Assembly: GCF_902459465.1 (NCBI RefSeq)
Contig: NC_047063.1
Coordinates: 868,001 to 932,000, forward strand
DNA: 64,000 nt
Direction: 5' to 3'
From: Asterias rubens
Lineage: Eukaryota
Under the pieces are notes generated by a model. It had not been told where the DNA came from. It did not search any database and was given only the letters and a program-made list of their open reading frames with translations. The translations under genes and the position numbers were made by a program. Every line of letters begins with the position of its first letter. The first letter of the stretch is position 1. Below are positions 22,459-34,649 of the stretch, piece after piece.

Positions 22459-25400
22459 TTTTGTTGTTGCCTTTGAAAGGTCTCTATTCTACAAAGTCCT
22501 ATAATATCAACATCAGGTTTTGATTAAATCATTAATATTACTGGAACAAGGGTTGATTTGACGAATCTGAGTTGAGACCAGGGGCCTACCGACGAACAGG
22601 AAAATATAAACACACATTTTTACAAAAGCAACATTCACACAATTTGGAATGGTTTGGAGTAGACAGGCAGTAAACAAAATCTCAAATCTCTTTTTATTTT
22701 ATTTTTTTATAATAAGGCTTTGTTATAATGCAATTAAATTCGTCATTTTTTACACACTAGTTCGGCCCAAACTAGTTACCCTTAGCGTGTAGAGATGACA
22801 TTTTCTATGAAGGCAGCTGTTTGAGGCCCATACGCTATAATAGCTATCAGGAACTTTTACAAATGTTTGTTACTGGTTGAGACGGTAATTTCGTTTAAGT
22901 TGGCAAACGGGACATTGTGTTGGGAGGCCTCTTATATAGAGTGCAGCGTGTTCGCATTTCCTTTATTTGTTATGTGATGTTATTCACAATTAACAAAGGC
23001 ATACCAGATCATCATTATCCTACCGGTTTGCTTGGCAACAATACGGATTTGTAATTCTATAGATTGAAGCATATAATCATGACAACCAAAGCCATCCAGT
23101 ATTTTCAGTATGCGCATACAAAATATCTGTAGCTGTAATTTCCGCTGCTGAAAGTTCGGGAAGCAAGTAAACACTAGGTTGTGATAATTAATATCACTTT
23201 TGGTGTCTGCATGCAATGTTTTGACAGATCTCAGTTACAACTACGACCCACAGGAAAATGTAAAGAAACCTTTTTACAAAAGAAACATCCCAGTAGAATA
23301 CAGACAGTAAATAAAAATCTGAAAACAAATACTTTAGCCTAGTGAAAAGGAAATGTTGTTTTAATTTTGGGGATCGCTTTAAGTTTTTGAGGAAACTTCA
23401 ATAAGAAAACACGTTTTTTATTTTATAAATAATATTATGTTGTAGGCTAATGAAATTCATTTCATCATATTATTTACGAATACATACATACATACGAACA
23501 CTTAAAAGGATTTTTCCCTTTTCGTTGCAAATTAAAGTTTCGGCGAGGCGGGGTGCATGGGCGGAGTGCTACTGGTTGAGACGGTATTTTCATTGGCAAT
23601 CGGCAAACTGCCATTGCGTTGGGAGGCTTCTACTACATAGTGCAGTGTGTTTACATTTCCTTGGTTTGCCATGTGGTTATTCACAATGGACCAAGGCATA
23701 CACGATCATCATTAACCAACCGGTATACTTGGCAAAGTACAATACGGATTTGGCATTCATAGATTGAGGCATAACCATGACAATCAAAGCCATCCGTTTT
23801 AATGTTATGTAGCCTAGTTCAAATGCATACAAAATAGCTGTATCGGTACCACTGTGTAAATCCTAAAGCTCGGTTGGAATGCGCCCATCCAACTTTTGTC
23901 ATGGTCCCTAAAAAGCACTGTGTTGAATATCTGCATGTTTTGACCACACTGCTATTTTAAAGCGTAAAACACAACCAAAACGAAGAACATAAGTTTCAAA
24001 TAACTTTCATTTAAATTAAATGTCTGCACGGGTCACAGACGAGTCGTCTAATCAATGTATTTATCTCATTTTAATCTCTGCTCAGTGCCCGAGAAACGTA
24101 CTCTTAGTGACCACTTATTTATGGATAATGGTGTACGCGGTGTATATAAGGTTTAGGGATTCAATAATTTTGACGAAGAAGCCTCTTTATGTGACAATAA
24201 GTGTTGATCAACTTTAATACTGTCGTACAAGGGTAGCGACTACCTGGCGCAACCTACACATGATTGCGCAATGCCACAATCAATATGTTGTTATGACTCG
24301 CTTTTTAAAACTGCCCGGCGGTCCATGTATATATGACGTTTATAAAAATAAAGACAACCCTAGACGGCAAGTGATTTGTTTTTCTTTACAAAACGTCTCT
24401 ATTACACAAACTGCGGACAAAAGCAATAGGTTGTGAGTGATTTTCTTGCAATGATTTGACAGATCTCATTTACGGCCACGACCCACAGGAATATTGTAAA
24501 GAAACCTTTTTACAAATGAAACATCTCAACGATTTTGAATGGTTTGGAGTAGAATAGTCAGTAAAGAAAATCTTATTAAATACAAATACTTGAACCCAGT
24601 GATGAAAAGTAAATGTTGTTCAAATTTTTGGGATCGCTTAAAGTTGTTTACAAGAAACTTTAATAAGAAACATGTTTTATTTAATAAACAGTATTATGTT
24701 GTAATGAAATTCATTTCCTCATATATTTACGAACATTTAATAGGATTTTCTTTTTCTTTTTCGTTACAAATTAAAGTTTCGTTGGGGTGGAGTTAGCCTC
24801 TTAGCGCGTAGAAATGACATTTTCTTTGCAGGCACTAGCAGGAACTTATAGAAATGTTGTATAAGGAAAAGGTTTTTTCATTTCAATCAGCAAACTGGCC
24901 ATTGTGTTGGGAGGCTTCTGAATAGAGTGCATGCATTTCCTTGTTTTTTTATGTGGTGTTATTCACCAAGGCATACCAGATCATCATCAACCAACCGGTA
25001 CTTGGCAAAGTACAATACGGATTTGGAATTCTATAGATTGAGGCATAACCATGACAATCAAAGCCATCCATTTTATGTGTTATGTAACTCTCAGTGGCAT
25101 ACAAAATAGCTGTAGCTGTAATGTACAACTGGGGAAATCATATAGCTTGGAAATGACCAGTTTTTGGAATGCGCCCGTCAAACTTTTGTCATGGTCCCTA
25201 AAAAACACTGTGTTGAATATCTGCATGTTTTGACCACTGCAATATAAAGCGTAGACTTGTGGACAAGTCGTTAAATCGGCCCCACGCGCTGAGATAGTGC
25301 TCCCCCGACAACGCTGCTCTCGCGCGAACTCACTGCTCTCGCGCGAACTGATGGCTCCCCGATTTCGACTCCTGGAGTCTATATAAAGCGTAAAACACAA

Positions 25401-28400
25401 CCAAATAGAAGAACATTAGTTTCAAATAACTTTCATTTAAATTAAATGTCTGCACAGGTCACAAACGAGTCGTCTCATAATTAATGTTCTGATCTCATTT
25501 TAAGCTCAGTGCCCGAACAAACATACTCTTTGTAACCACTTATTAATGGTGTACGAAATATACACCTTGATTTAGATGTTAAAGAAGCCAAACATAAAAA
25601 TAGTAGGTTTAGGAATCCAAGAATTTTGATGAAGATGCCTTTTTAAGTGACAATAGTGTTAGTCATTTTTATGAAGTACAAGGGTAGCTACACACTAATT
25701 AAATGTTATGGGCTACCTGGAGAAAACTACATTTATTGCTCATGGCACAATCAAATATCTAATGTTATGACTCGCTTTTTAAAAATCCGACGGTCCATTT
25801 ATGCCGTTTATAATCATATAAGACAACCTAGACAGCAAGTGATTTTGATGTTGTTTTTGACAAAACGTCTATTACTCAAACTCCGATAAAACAATAGGTT
25901 GTGAGAGATTAAATAATGAATAACACTTGAACAACGTGTTGTCTGCAATGATTTGACAGATCTCAGTTCGACCAAGACTTACAGGGATGTAAAGAAACTT
26001 TTTTACAAAAGAAACATCCAAACGATTTGGAATGGTTTTGAGTAGAATAGTCAGTAAGGAAAAACCTTAGTGAACCTTAGGTTAAAATACTTTGAACAGT
26101 GAAAAGTAAATGTTGTTAAAATTGTTCGGATCACTTAAAGTTTTTTACAGGAAACTTTAATAAGAAAACACGTTTTATTCTAAACATAGTATCATGTTGT
26201 AATGAAACTTATTTCATCATATTGTTTTACAAACATTTTAAAGGATTTTCTTCCTTTTCGTTACAAATAAAAGTTTCGTTGAAGCGGGGTAGGCGGAGTT
26301 AGCCAATTATTAGCGTGTAAGAAATGGCATTTTCTTTGCAGGGCAATGTTTTGGGGCCAATACACTAGCAGTAACTTAAAGAAATGTTTGTAAAGAGAAG
26401 GTATTTTCATTGCAATCGGCAAACTGACCATTGTGTTGGGAGGCTTCTATAGAGTGCAGTGTGTTTACATTTCCTTGGTTTACCATTGGTGAACCAAGGC
26501 ATACCAGATCATCATTAAGCAACCGGTGTACTTGGCAAAGTACAATACGGATTTGGAATTCTATAGATTGAGGCATAACCATGACAATCAAAGCCATCCA
26601 TTTTATGTGTTATGTAACTCTCAGTATGCATTCAAAATAGTTTTAGCCGTAATGTACCACTGTGGAAATCCTACAGCTCAGGAAGGACCATTTTTTGGAA
26701 TGCACCCATCAAACTGTTGTAGTCCCTAAACAACTTTTGTCATGGTTCCTAAAAAGCATTGTGTGTTAAAGTTCTGATAGTTTGGACCACTGCCATTTAA
26801 AGCATAAAACACAACCAAAACTAAGAACATCATAGTTTTAAATAATTTTAATTTTGATTAAATGTCTAAACGGGTCACAAACGGGTTGTCTGAATGTATT
26901 GATCTCATTTTAAGCTTAGTGCCCGAGAAACATACTCTTTGTGACTACTTATTTATGGTGTAAAAAATATTGCTTTAAATAATATATCTAACATCTAGAT
27001 TTTAATGTAGCCAAGCATAAAAATATTTGGTTTAGGGATTCAAGCATTTTGATAAAGGTGCCTTTTTAAGGGACAATAAGGATAGCTTACGGATAATTGA
27101 ATTTTATGGACTACCTCGCGCAAACATGAATTGGTTTGCCATTGGTGTTATTCACAATGAACAAAGGCAAACCAGATCATAATTAACCTACCGGTATGCT
27201 TGGCAACAATACGGATTTGGAATACTATAGATCGTAGCATAATCATGACAATCAAAGGCATCCAAAACTAAGAACATCATAGTTTTAAATAATTTTAATT
27301 TTAACTAAATGTCTAAACGGGTCACAAATGGTTCGTCTGAATGTATTGATCTCATTTGGTTTAGGGATTCAAGCATTTTGATGAAGTGTTGTTCAACTTT
27401 ATGTCTGTAATTGAATTTTATGGACTACCTGGCGCAAACATGATTGATTGCTCAATGGCACAATCGAATATCTACTATATATATGACTCGCTTTTAAAAA
27501 CTGTCCGGCGGTCAATGCATGACATTATCAACACTAAGACAACCTTTAGATGGCAAGTGATTTTGCTATTGTCTTTGACATAACGTCTCTATTGCACAAA
27601 CTCCAAATAAAGCAATAGGTTGTGAGTGATCTTGAACAATGCGTTGTCTGCAATGATTTGACACTACCCACGAACACTACCCGCAAGAAAATGTAAAGAA
27701 ACCTCTCAACGATTTTGAATGGTTTTGAGAAGAATAGAATAGTCAGTAAAGAAAAACCTTACAAATACTTAAACGTAAAAATGTTTGGGAATCGCTTGAA
27801 GTTTTTTTACAGGAAACTTTAATAAGAAAACACGTTTTATTTTATAAATAGTGTTATTTTGTAAATTTATTTCCTCATTTACGAACATTGTACAAAGGAT
27901 TGTCTTCCTTTTTGTTGCAAATCAAAGTTTCGTTGACTCGGGGGGGGGGGACACACGAGTTAGTTACTTCCAAATTATTTTCGATGCAGGCAGTGATTTT
28001 TTGGAGGGGGGGGGGGGGCTGTGCACTAGCTATAGCAAGAACTTATATTGATATGTTTGTTACTGCCCGTGGTTGAGAAGGTATGCTCACTGCACTGGGC
28101 AAACGGGATATTGTTGAGGCTTCAATAGAGTTGGGAGGCTTCTATAGAGTGCAGCGTGTTCCCATTTCCTTGGTATTTGCTTTACAATTTGGAATTCTAT
28201 AGATTGAAGCATAACCATGACAATCAAAGCCATCCATTTCAGTGTTATGTAACTCTCAATATGCATACAAAATAGCTGTAGCTGTAATGTACCACTGTTT
28301 AAATCATATAGCTCGGGAAGCAAGTACCTTACAAGTGAACTGCTTGCTTCAGTAGTCTTTGGAATGTCAATGCGCCAACAAACTTTTGTCATGGTCCCTA

Positions 28401-28800
28401 TAACCAGCGTGTACTTTGTGTGATGGCGTTCTGCCCAGCATAAACACAACCAATCACTTTCAGTAATGTCTACACATGTCACAAACGATTAGTCTTAATG
28501 TATTTGATCTCATTTTAAGCTCAGTACCCGAGAAACATGTGAGTGTGGCCAAGATAACTCTTTTCATCTTTTGTCTTAACATCTATTAAAGATAACTCTT
28601 AGTGACCACTTCTATGGTGTACAAAAAATACACATTGGTTTAGGTTTAAAAAGTAGCCACACACAAAATAAATAGATTTAGGGATTACAAAAAGTTTGAA
28701 GAAGATGCAATATAAGTGTTGTTTATTTTTAATAAGAGCAAGAGAAGGCTACACAGAGAATGAAATGTTATGGACTACCTGTCGCAAAGAGTATTTAAAG
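22369..28800. repeat. Decayed tandem array of ~5-6 related units (full unit ~1.5 kb, some truncated)
   Basis: Marker blocks recur in the same order. tatgactcgc at ~22380, 24292, 25766, 27482. gatttgac..atct at ~22557, 23219, 24453, 25950, 27656. ggaggcttct-like at ~22924, 23624, 24911, 26441, 28136. aaatgtct..ggtcac-like at ~24018, 25444, 26861, 27307, 28466. Confidence 0.9.
25252..25381. mobile_element. 130-bp TAG..CTA element with 9-bp TSD (AcademH- or MULE-like)
   Basis: tataaagcg at 25243-25251 and 25382-25390; termini tagact / agtcta; absent from sister units of the array. Confidence 0.75.
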
Positions 28801-29482
28801 ATTTGTAATACTATCATGCTCCTTTAAAACAGTAGAGTTTAAGAATAGGTCTTGTCCTTGGATGACCCCGGACATTGTTATTACTCATGTTTACAAGGTA
28901 TGTTAAAAGTTAAGAGCTACTGAAAAACACTGTCTTCTTTAACAGTGATTGATAAGTAAAAAAATTGCATAGCATATTTAGTATAGATTGTTGTCCAGTA
29001 TGTTTTGCAGTGAAGGCCGTAACTAAATTTTTGCCAACCAATTGTCAGCCAAACTCCAGACATGGCAAAAGAAAAGACCCATCCACTTTATAAACGACGT
29101 ATTATTCTATGTATCATGCCATTGTCAAAATATTATCTTTTCTTCGATGGTGGCCTACAGTAAAGACACAACTATAGAAATAGCAATAAAGGACAAGGAA
29201 AATATTTCGAAGACCTTATAAATAAATTTCCCAGTCATTTTACTGATACTAGTGCATTTGAAATGGGTCTATTTTTTATCATAATTCTCAGCCAATGTTA
29301 GGTCATCCATTGAGGGGCACTCTTTGAGCTTAAGGGGTCTGAAAGTTTTAAAGCAAAACAAAACAGCTTTGGGGTGCGTTTCATTAGCCGTGATAAGCTG
29401 TGTGTGTGGTATAATGTCCACTAGGATAATATTCTATGCTTTTTGTAGGTATGAAAACACAAAGAATTGGAACAAAACTCAC

Positions 29483-32243
29483 TTTGTTTTGTACTGTCTT
29501 GAAGACGGCAGAATGAATAAGGTCAGCATGTTGATTCAGACCCAGATGTCTCAGCAAGCAGCATCCAGCATGGCCCTGGGGTTTGACACGTTCCTCCTCA
29601 AAATTGTCTTTCAGGTGTTTCTTGTAACCTCTAAGTATAAACAAAAATCAAAAATTACAATATTGAGTGATGACCAACACAGTTTCTTAAAATTTGAGCA
29701 AATAAAACAGAAATGCATAAGATTTATCATTTTGGGGGTTGAACAAAAAACATTTACTAGGGCAGGATTTGGACCAATGGTCTCCAGACTCATCACTCTA
29801 CAAACTAAGCCAAATACTAGCCCTTATTTTGTTGGTGGTCTCCCTATTTTTTCAACATCTTTGTTTGGGGTTCCAGTCAGAAGATGTGGAGTGCTGTTAA
29901 ATTATTCCAGAGGTCATGGGTTCAACTCCCACCCCAGTAAATTTGTCTTTGTTCACTACCAATTGATTTAAAATTTACACTGTTACTCCGGAATTTGTAT
30001 CCATTTAAAGAATGAAGAGATGTCCAATGCACCCACTGACTGTCACAAACCCAAGCCTAATGCAAAAACTACAATTTTTGAAAAGTACATTAATTTAACA
30101 AAAAAACATGGGTGGGATTGTAATTGTATGAATCATGAAAATTTGAACATTCTCTCGGCCTGGAGATGAAGCTCCCATAGAGATAGATGACATATTTCTT
30201 CACATGTTTATAGACTCTTGCATCAAATTTACAGGTTTGATCATAACAGAAGCAGGGTCACAAGAAAATGTGAAAGGGAGATTATAGATGAGAAATCAGA
30301 AATAATACCCCCAAGAAATACTGGCCTCCTCTAAAAATCCATGAACTAAGCTAATAAAACAGCAGGCTACAAGGTTTAATTAGGACCAAGTCGATGGAAC
30401 AACTACGACCCTGCAAGGTTTTCATTAAAAACATTTCTGCCATTTAAAACATTCAAAGTCACCATTATAGTTGAGAAAAAAATCTGGAAGTGTAGCTTCA
30501 GCTAGTTATACAGGACAGATTAGCGTTAAATAGCTCCTCACACAAGTTTTGAACTTAAACGACTAGGTTTCAAGCTCTCCGCAGTATGCAAGTTTTAAAC
30601 GGGCGGACCAAACACATGCGACCTACCGACTTAGATTGGGCTAAGAAGCTGAAGTGCAAAGAATGCCGCTACAACATGAGTCTCGGGCATGCATAAAGTG
30701 CACCTTTGGCCGACAGCCACACTGACCCACTTTATAACCAAAGAGCACTGCCAGAGATCAATGTGTTTAATTTTTCCAGAAGGCAAACCAGAGGGCCCAG
30801 AGAAAAACTTTTTTGTAATAAAATAAAATCATCACACAACTTACTTAGCCCTAATCACAGTTTCCTTTCAATTGTGTACTACATATTGTACATGTTGTAC
30901 AAATGAAAGGAGCCTAGTGATTAGGGCTACACATAACTCTACTCTCATTATAGCCCTAGCATTGTAGGGAATCACACCAGGGCATCAATGGTGTGAGAGA
31001 GGCAAGGGCTTTCACACTAAAGAGTAGTCACTAAACATGAAGAATGGCAGAGGTTTAGACATACCTCAGTCTGACATAGTGTGGACCCACAGTGTTGTCC
31101 ATTCCTCCTCTTGATGGCCATGAGGGTCCTCCCCTTCTCATTCCACTGCATTTTTTCCCCTGTAAAGTATTGACCCTTCATAGTCAACTGGTGTTCCAGC
31201 TTGTCTGTGGATAGATTATTCATTAAAAATTAGGACAAACAGTAAATTGACAATGAACTATCATACTTAGACTCAAGTTACATCCCGCAATGACAACACA
31301 GAATAGGTAATTTAGCTAGAGTAGGGGATAGTAGTGAAATATTTCAGTATCTAATTAACCTCAAAGATATACCTTTTTGTAAAATATCCCACATTAGGTT
31401 GTTGGTAATTCTGGTGAGCATAATTTTGTTGTGCTCAGCAACTTTTTGTGCTTTCATGACTTTTAAGCAGCTCTATCAAATTGGGCCCTGCCGGTTGTGC
31501 AGTGGTACTGTCACTGTCACTCTAAGTTGTCTGCCTTTAAAATTAATGAAGTGTTGCACAGCACTACCGGGCGAGCATTCATGATTCAGGAAATTGGCCC
31601 CATTTGTGTCCAATCCCCCACAATGGGGCTGTCAGAAAATATGTATTTTATTTCCATCTTCGAAATGTGGAGGACTTTTGAAGTTAAATTAGTTGCGATA
31701 ACTAACGTAATTAACCCTTCTCCCTCCACCGCCCACCCACGTGTTTGAATTAAATCTCAACTTCGGGCAGTGTTCTTTATTTCGCTCTGTATTACTCTGG
31801 GCTCTGCTAGGAGGTTTTTGTCCCGTTTCTTCAAAATATTTCCTCAATGGTGTTTTTAGGTATTATAAATGGATTCAATAGACATCGAGGATGAATTTCA
31901 TGTTCTTAGAACTTGTGGCATGATTTTCGACAGTGGTAAAAATGGGGAAAATGTGGCGACTATAGTCTGTCAACATGGGTCGAAATTGTATCTACGTGTT
32001 TGACAAGCTCGGTCGTTTTGTGTGCGCAGAGCTAGCTTCACAAGGCCTCCCGCCGGTCTGCTGCCGGCCGTCGGGAGGAGGGTTTACGCTGTCGCAACTA
32101 TTTTGAAATAAGTTTGTGAGTAAAAAACTTCAACTTTAAATGACAAGTTTTGTACTTACAGAGTTCCTCATTCATACTCCTGTATAGCTCCTTGCCCCAC
32201 CATGCTCAATATCGGGATACTTTGGCCAGCTCGTCGTAGCTCT
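29483..32243 (-). other. Chain of orphan exon-like segments: 32160-32243, 31065-31204, 29483-29630 (small-protein gene, pseudogene or lncRNA)
   Basis: Each segment has a pyrimidine-tract AG acceptor and a strong donor (gtaagt, gtatgt, gtgagt). The first two join in phase: ...MNEEL/YKLEHQLTMKGQYFTGEKMQWNEKGRTLMAIKRRNGQHCGSTLCQTE. The open frame of the third does not join directly. Confidence 0.45.
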
Positions 32244-33163
32244 CTGTGCATAAAGAATAATATCAACAAACAAGTGTAAAATTCACGTGTGCCGCGTGCA
32301 TACTAAAATGACTGGTCCCCTGTCTATCCGCAAGAAGGCCTGGGTTAAGGATATAAATACATGCACGTACTTTTAGAACCAGCGATTTCATTGGATACCA
32401 TGATTTCATTGGATAAACGCGCAGTGACGTAATAAGCTTTCTTTTTGACAGAAAACTATGCCTTGTCGTCTGCTACTTTCGGTCGTCTGCATTAATATAT
32501 CTCACCACTAATTTTTGTCTACTTGATTTTTGTCTACTTGAATTACCACACCACACCTGCAACTTATATATCCCATGAGGAGTTTGTTGCAGTACTCGAC
32601 AGACAGAGTGAGATGATAAATAATTAACATACAAGAAAAATACTGAGACTCATAGTCTCACAGCTTTTCAGCAATGGAAATTATTCATTGACTCTTGAAT
32701 GAACTCTAATCTTCTGCTCAAATTATTAATGGATGATTTTAATAAAGGGAGTCAAACTCCCATCCACTGATTTCTGTGACCAGTAGCCCCATTCAGTGCC
32801 CGTAGAGTTATTCACAATCACTGTGCCTCCACATGAAAACACATAAGTGTAATTTTCGAAACGCCAGAGCATAGCTAGATTGACAAAATGTCCCCAACAC
32901 ATCCCCGGTAAATATTACCATTTATTTCAGTGCCTATAGTATGACATCATCCAAAATACCTCAAGTTGAATCCATGCAGTCACAATAGGGAAGTTGTAAC
33001 TCTATATCGGTCCTATCCCTCCCCTTCCGACTCTCAAAATATTCTGAGGAGCTCCCAGATATTAAATAAGGTCGACGCTCTGTGTAATTTATTAAATTCA
33101 ATTCAATCAACATTGCCTATTTTGGTCAACCAACTAGCTCCTCCTCTAAAAAGCTATATATTA

Positions 33164-33310
33164 TTGTTAACGGTCCCCTTGTATACCTCCCTCTACGAAA
33201 AATAACCAGCTAGTTTTGTTAACGGTCCCCTTGTATACCTCCCTCTACGGAAATAACAAACTAGTTTTGTTAACGGTCTCTTTGTATACCGCCCTCTACG
33301 ATAACGACAA
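33164..33310. repeat. ~52-bp tandem repeat, ~3 copies
   Basis: ttgttaacggtc at 33164, 33216, 33267. Confidence 0.85.
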
Positions 33311-34649
33311 AAGTTTTTAGGACGTTATTACTCGTACAGCAGCTTTTTTATTTACAAAATGACAGTTTGCTCAGAGTCATCACTGCCTTTTGGAAAGAGG
33401 ACAATCATGACACTGTGCTTTTCTGATTTATATAAGGTAATTTATAATCTTATTATACGGAATGTAGTATTTTAGTGTAAAAAAGTAGACTCTGTGGGAG
33501 CCTGCGCGTATAATAGTAATACAGCATATCGGCCTTGTGACGCAATAATGCACAGGTATGCATGCGTGTGATGTTGCGCTTGTGGATACAGAGCATTTTT
33601 TGTCAACTTTTGTTGTTAAACAATGATTCATGTAATATCAATTCAACCACATGCATTGAGCATTTGAGCAAAAACTGCTAGTTGAGAACTTCTAAAATTT
33701 CATGAAAAAGTCACTTACTTAACTTACAGTACACATTCAATTCAATACCTTACAACTTACAAGTTACAATACAAGTATTTACAACAAGTACACCAAGTTA
33801 CAAATTAACAATACATTGTTTACATTTGTTACTACAGATAAATAATACAAGCGTCAGTCTTTCGTCGGATTTCACCAGGTCTGACTTTCTCTCGAGCCCC
33901 CGGGGCAACGTCACTGGAAAGCAGGGCAGTATGGCGTGGTTGTAGGGGGCTCGTCGCAAGGAGGACCGGGTGTTGATCAGAGTAGGCAATGGAATGCAAC
34001 GCAAATAACTTGTCTATGGCTTCTATCAAGTCGAGGTAGGGGAAACCCTTACTAGTTAGTATAGAAGTAACAATGAGGCATAACAGTTGTTTATTTTCAA
34101 TGCAATCTAGTGTGTGAGGATCCAAACATCTTTCCCAAACTGTACATGTATCTATCATTCTTCCATACGATCACACTTAGACGAGTAGACTCCTCAAAAT
34201 TTCCCTGATAGCTATAGCAGATACAGAACATGTGAAGAGCAAGCTGAAAGTTGCGCACAGCTCGTACACCCACGCGGATGTTTCCATTGCCATAATATAG
34301 GGAATTATACGCTTTCAGACCTACCAAGTCTCACGCATTAGGCGTGAGACTCACGCATTTGGGCTCTGTCTCACGCTCACACGCACAGCAACCATTTTCT
34401 CACGCATTGGGGCCAGACCGGGAAAACAATAAAACTTAACGACAATGCATTGCCAAATCGCGCTCGTGTGTACAAAAAAATCTCACGCATAGCTGGCCTC
34501 TGGACTTGGCATCTCTGCACTTTTTTGTTACCCAGTGCTCTTTAAATAGATCCATGATCAAACAAAACATACAACATTCGCTGAGTCAAGTTATTAGCAA
34601 ACATAATGATAAACATGTACATTTTTTCTTATTATTCTTAAGTGCAAAC

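Noticed and set aside
22980-28482. Short ORFs inside the tandem array (e.g. 23450-23767, 26376-26597, 28087-28482)
   Set aside because: Frames are not preserved between homologous units and no protein family is recognisable.
22369-28800. Array considered as CRISPR-like or as a cluster of ncRNA genes
   Set aside because: Eukaryotic context, kb-scale degenerate units, no short identical repeats with unique spacers, and no recognisable snRNA/5S motifs.
29324-29971. 215-aa plus-strand ORF
   Set aside because: Non-ATG start, AT-rich low-information flanks, 3' end runs into a tRNA-SINE head, and the GC-richer core is the antisense of the splice-site-bounded minus exon 29483-29630.
30130-30700. 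Protein-like short frames (TFSRPGDEAPIEIDDIFLHMF...; MRPTDLDWAKKLKCKEC...)
   Set aside because: Bounded by stops without usable splice sites and cannot be linked to any gene model.
33798-34158. GC-richer minus-strand ORFs upstream of the SLC16 gene
   Set aside because: No convincing donor/acceptor pair or homology. Likely promoter-proximal sequence, though it could be the first exon of the 29.5-32.2 kb transcript.
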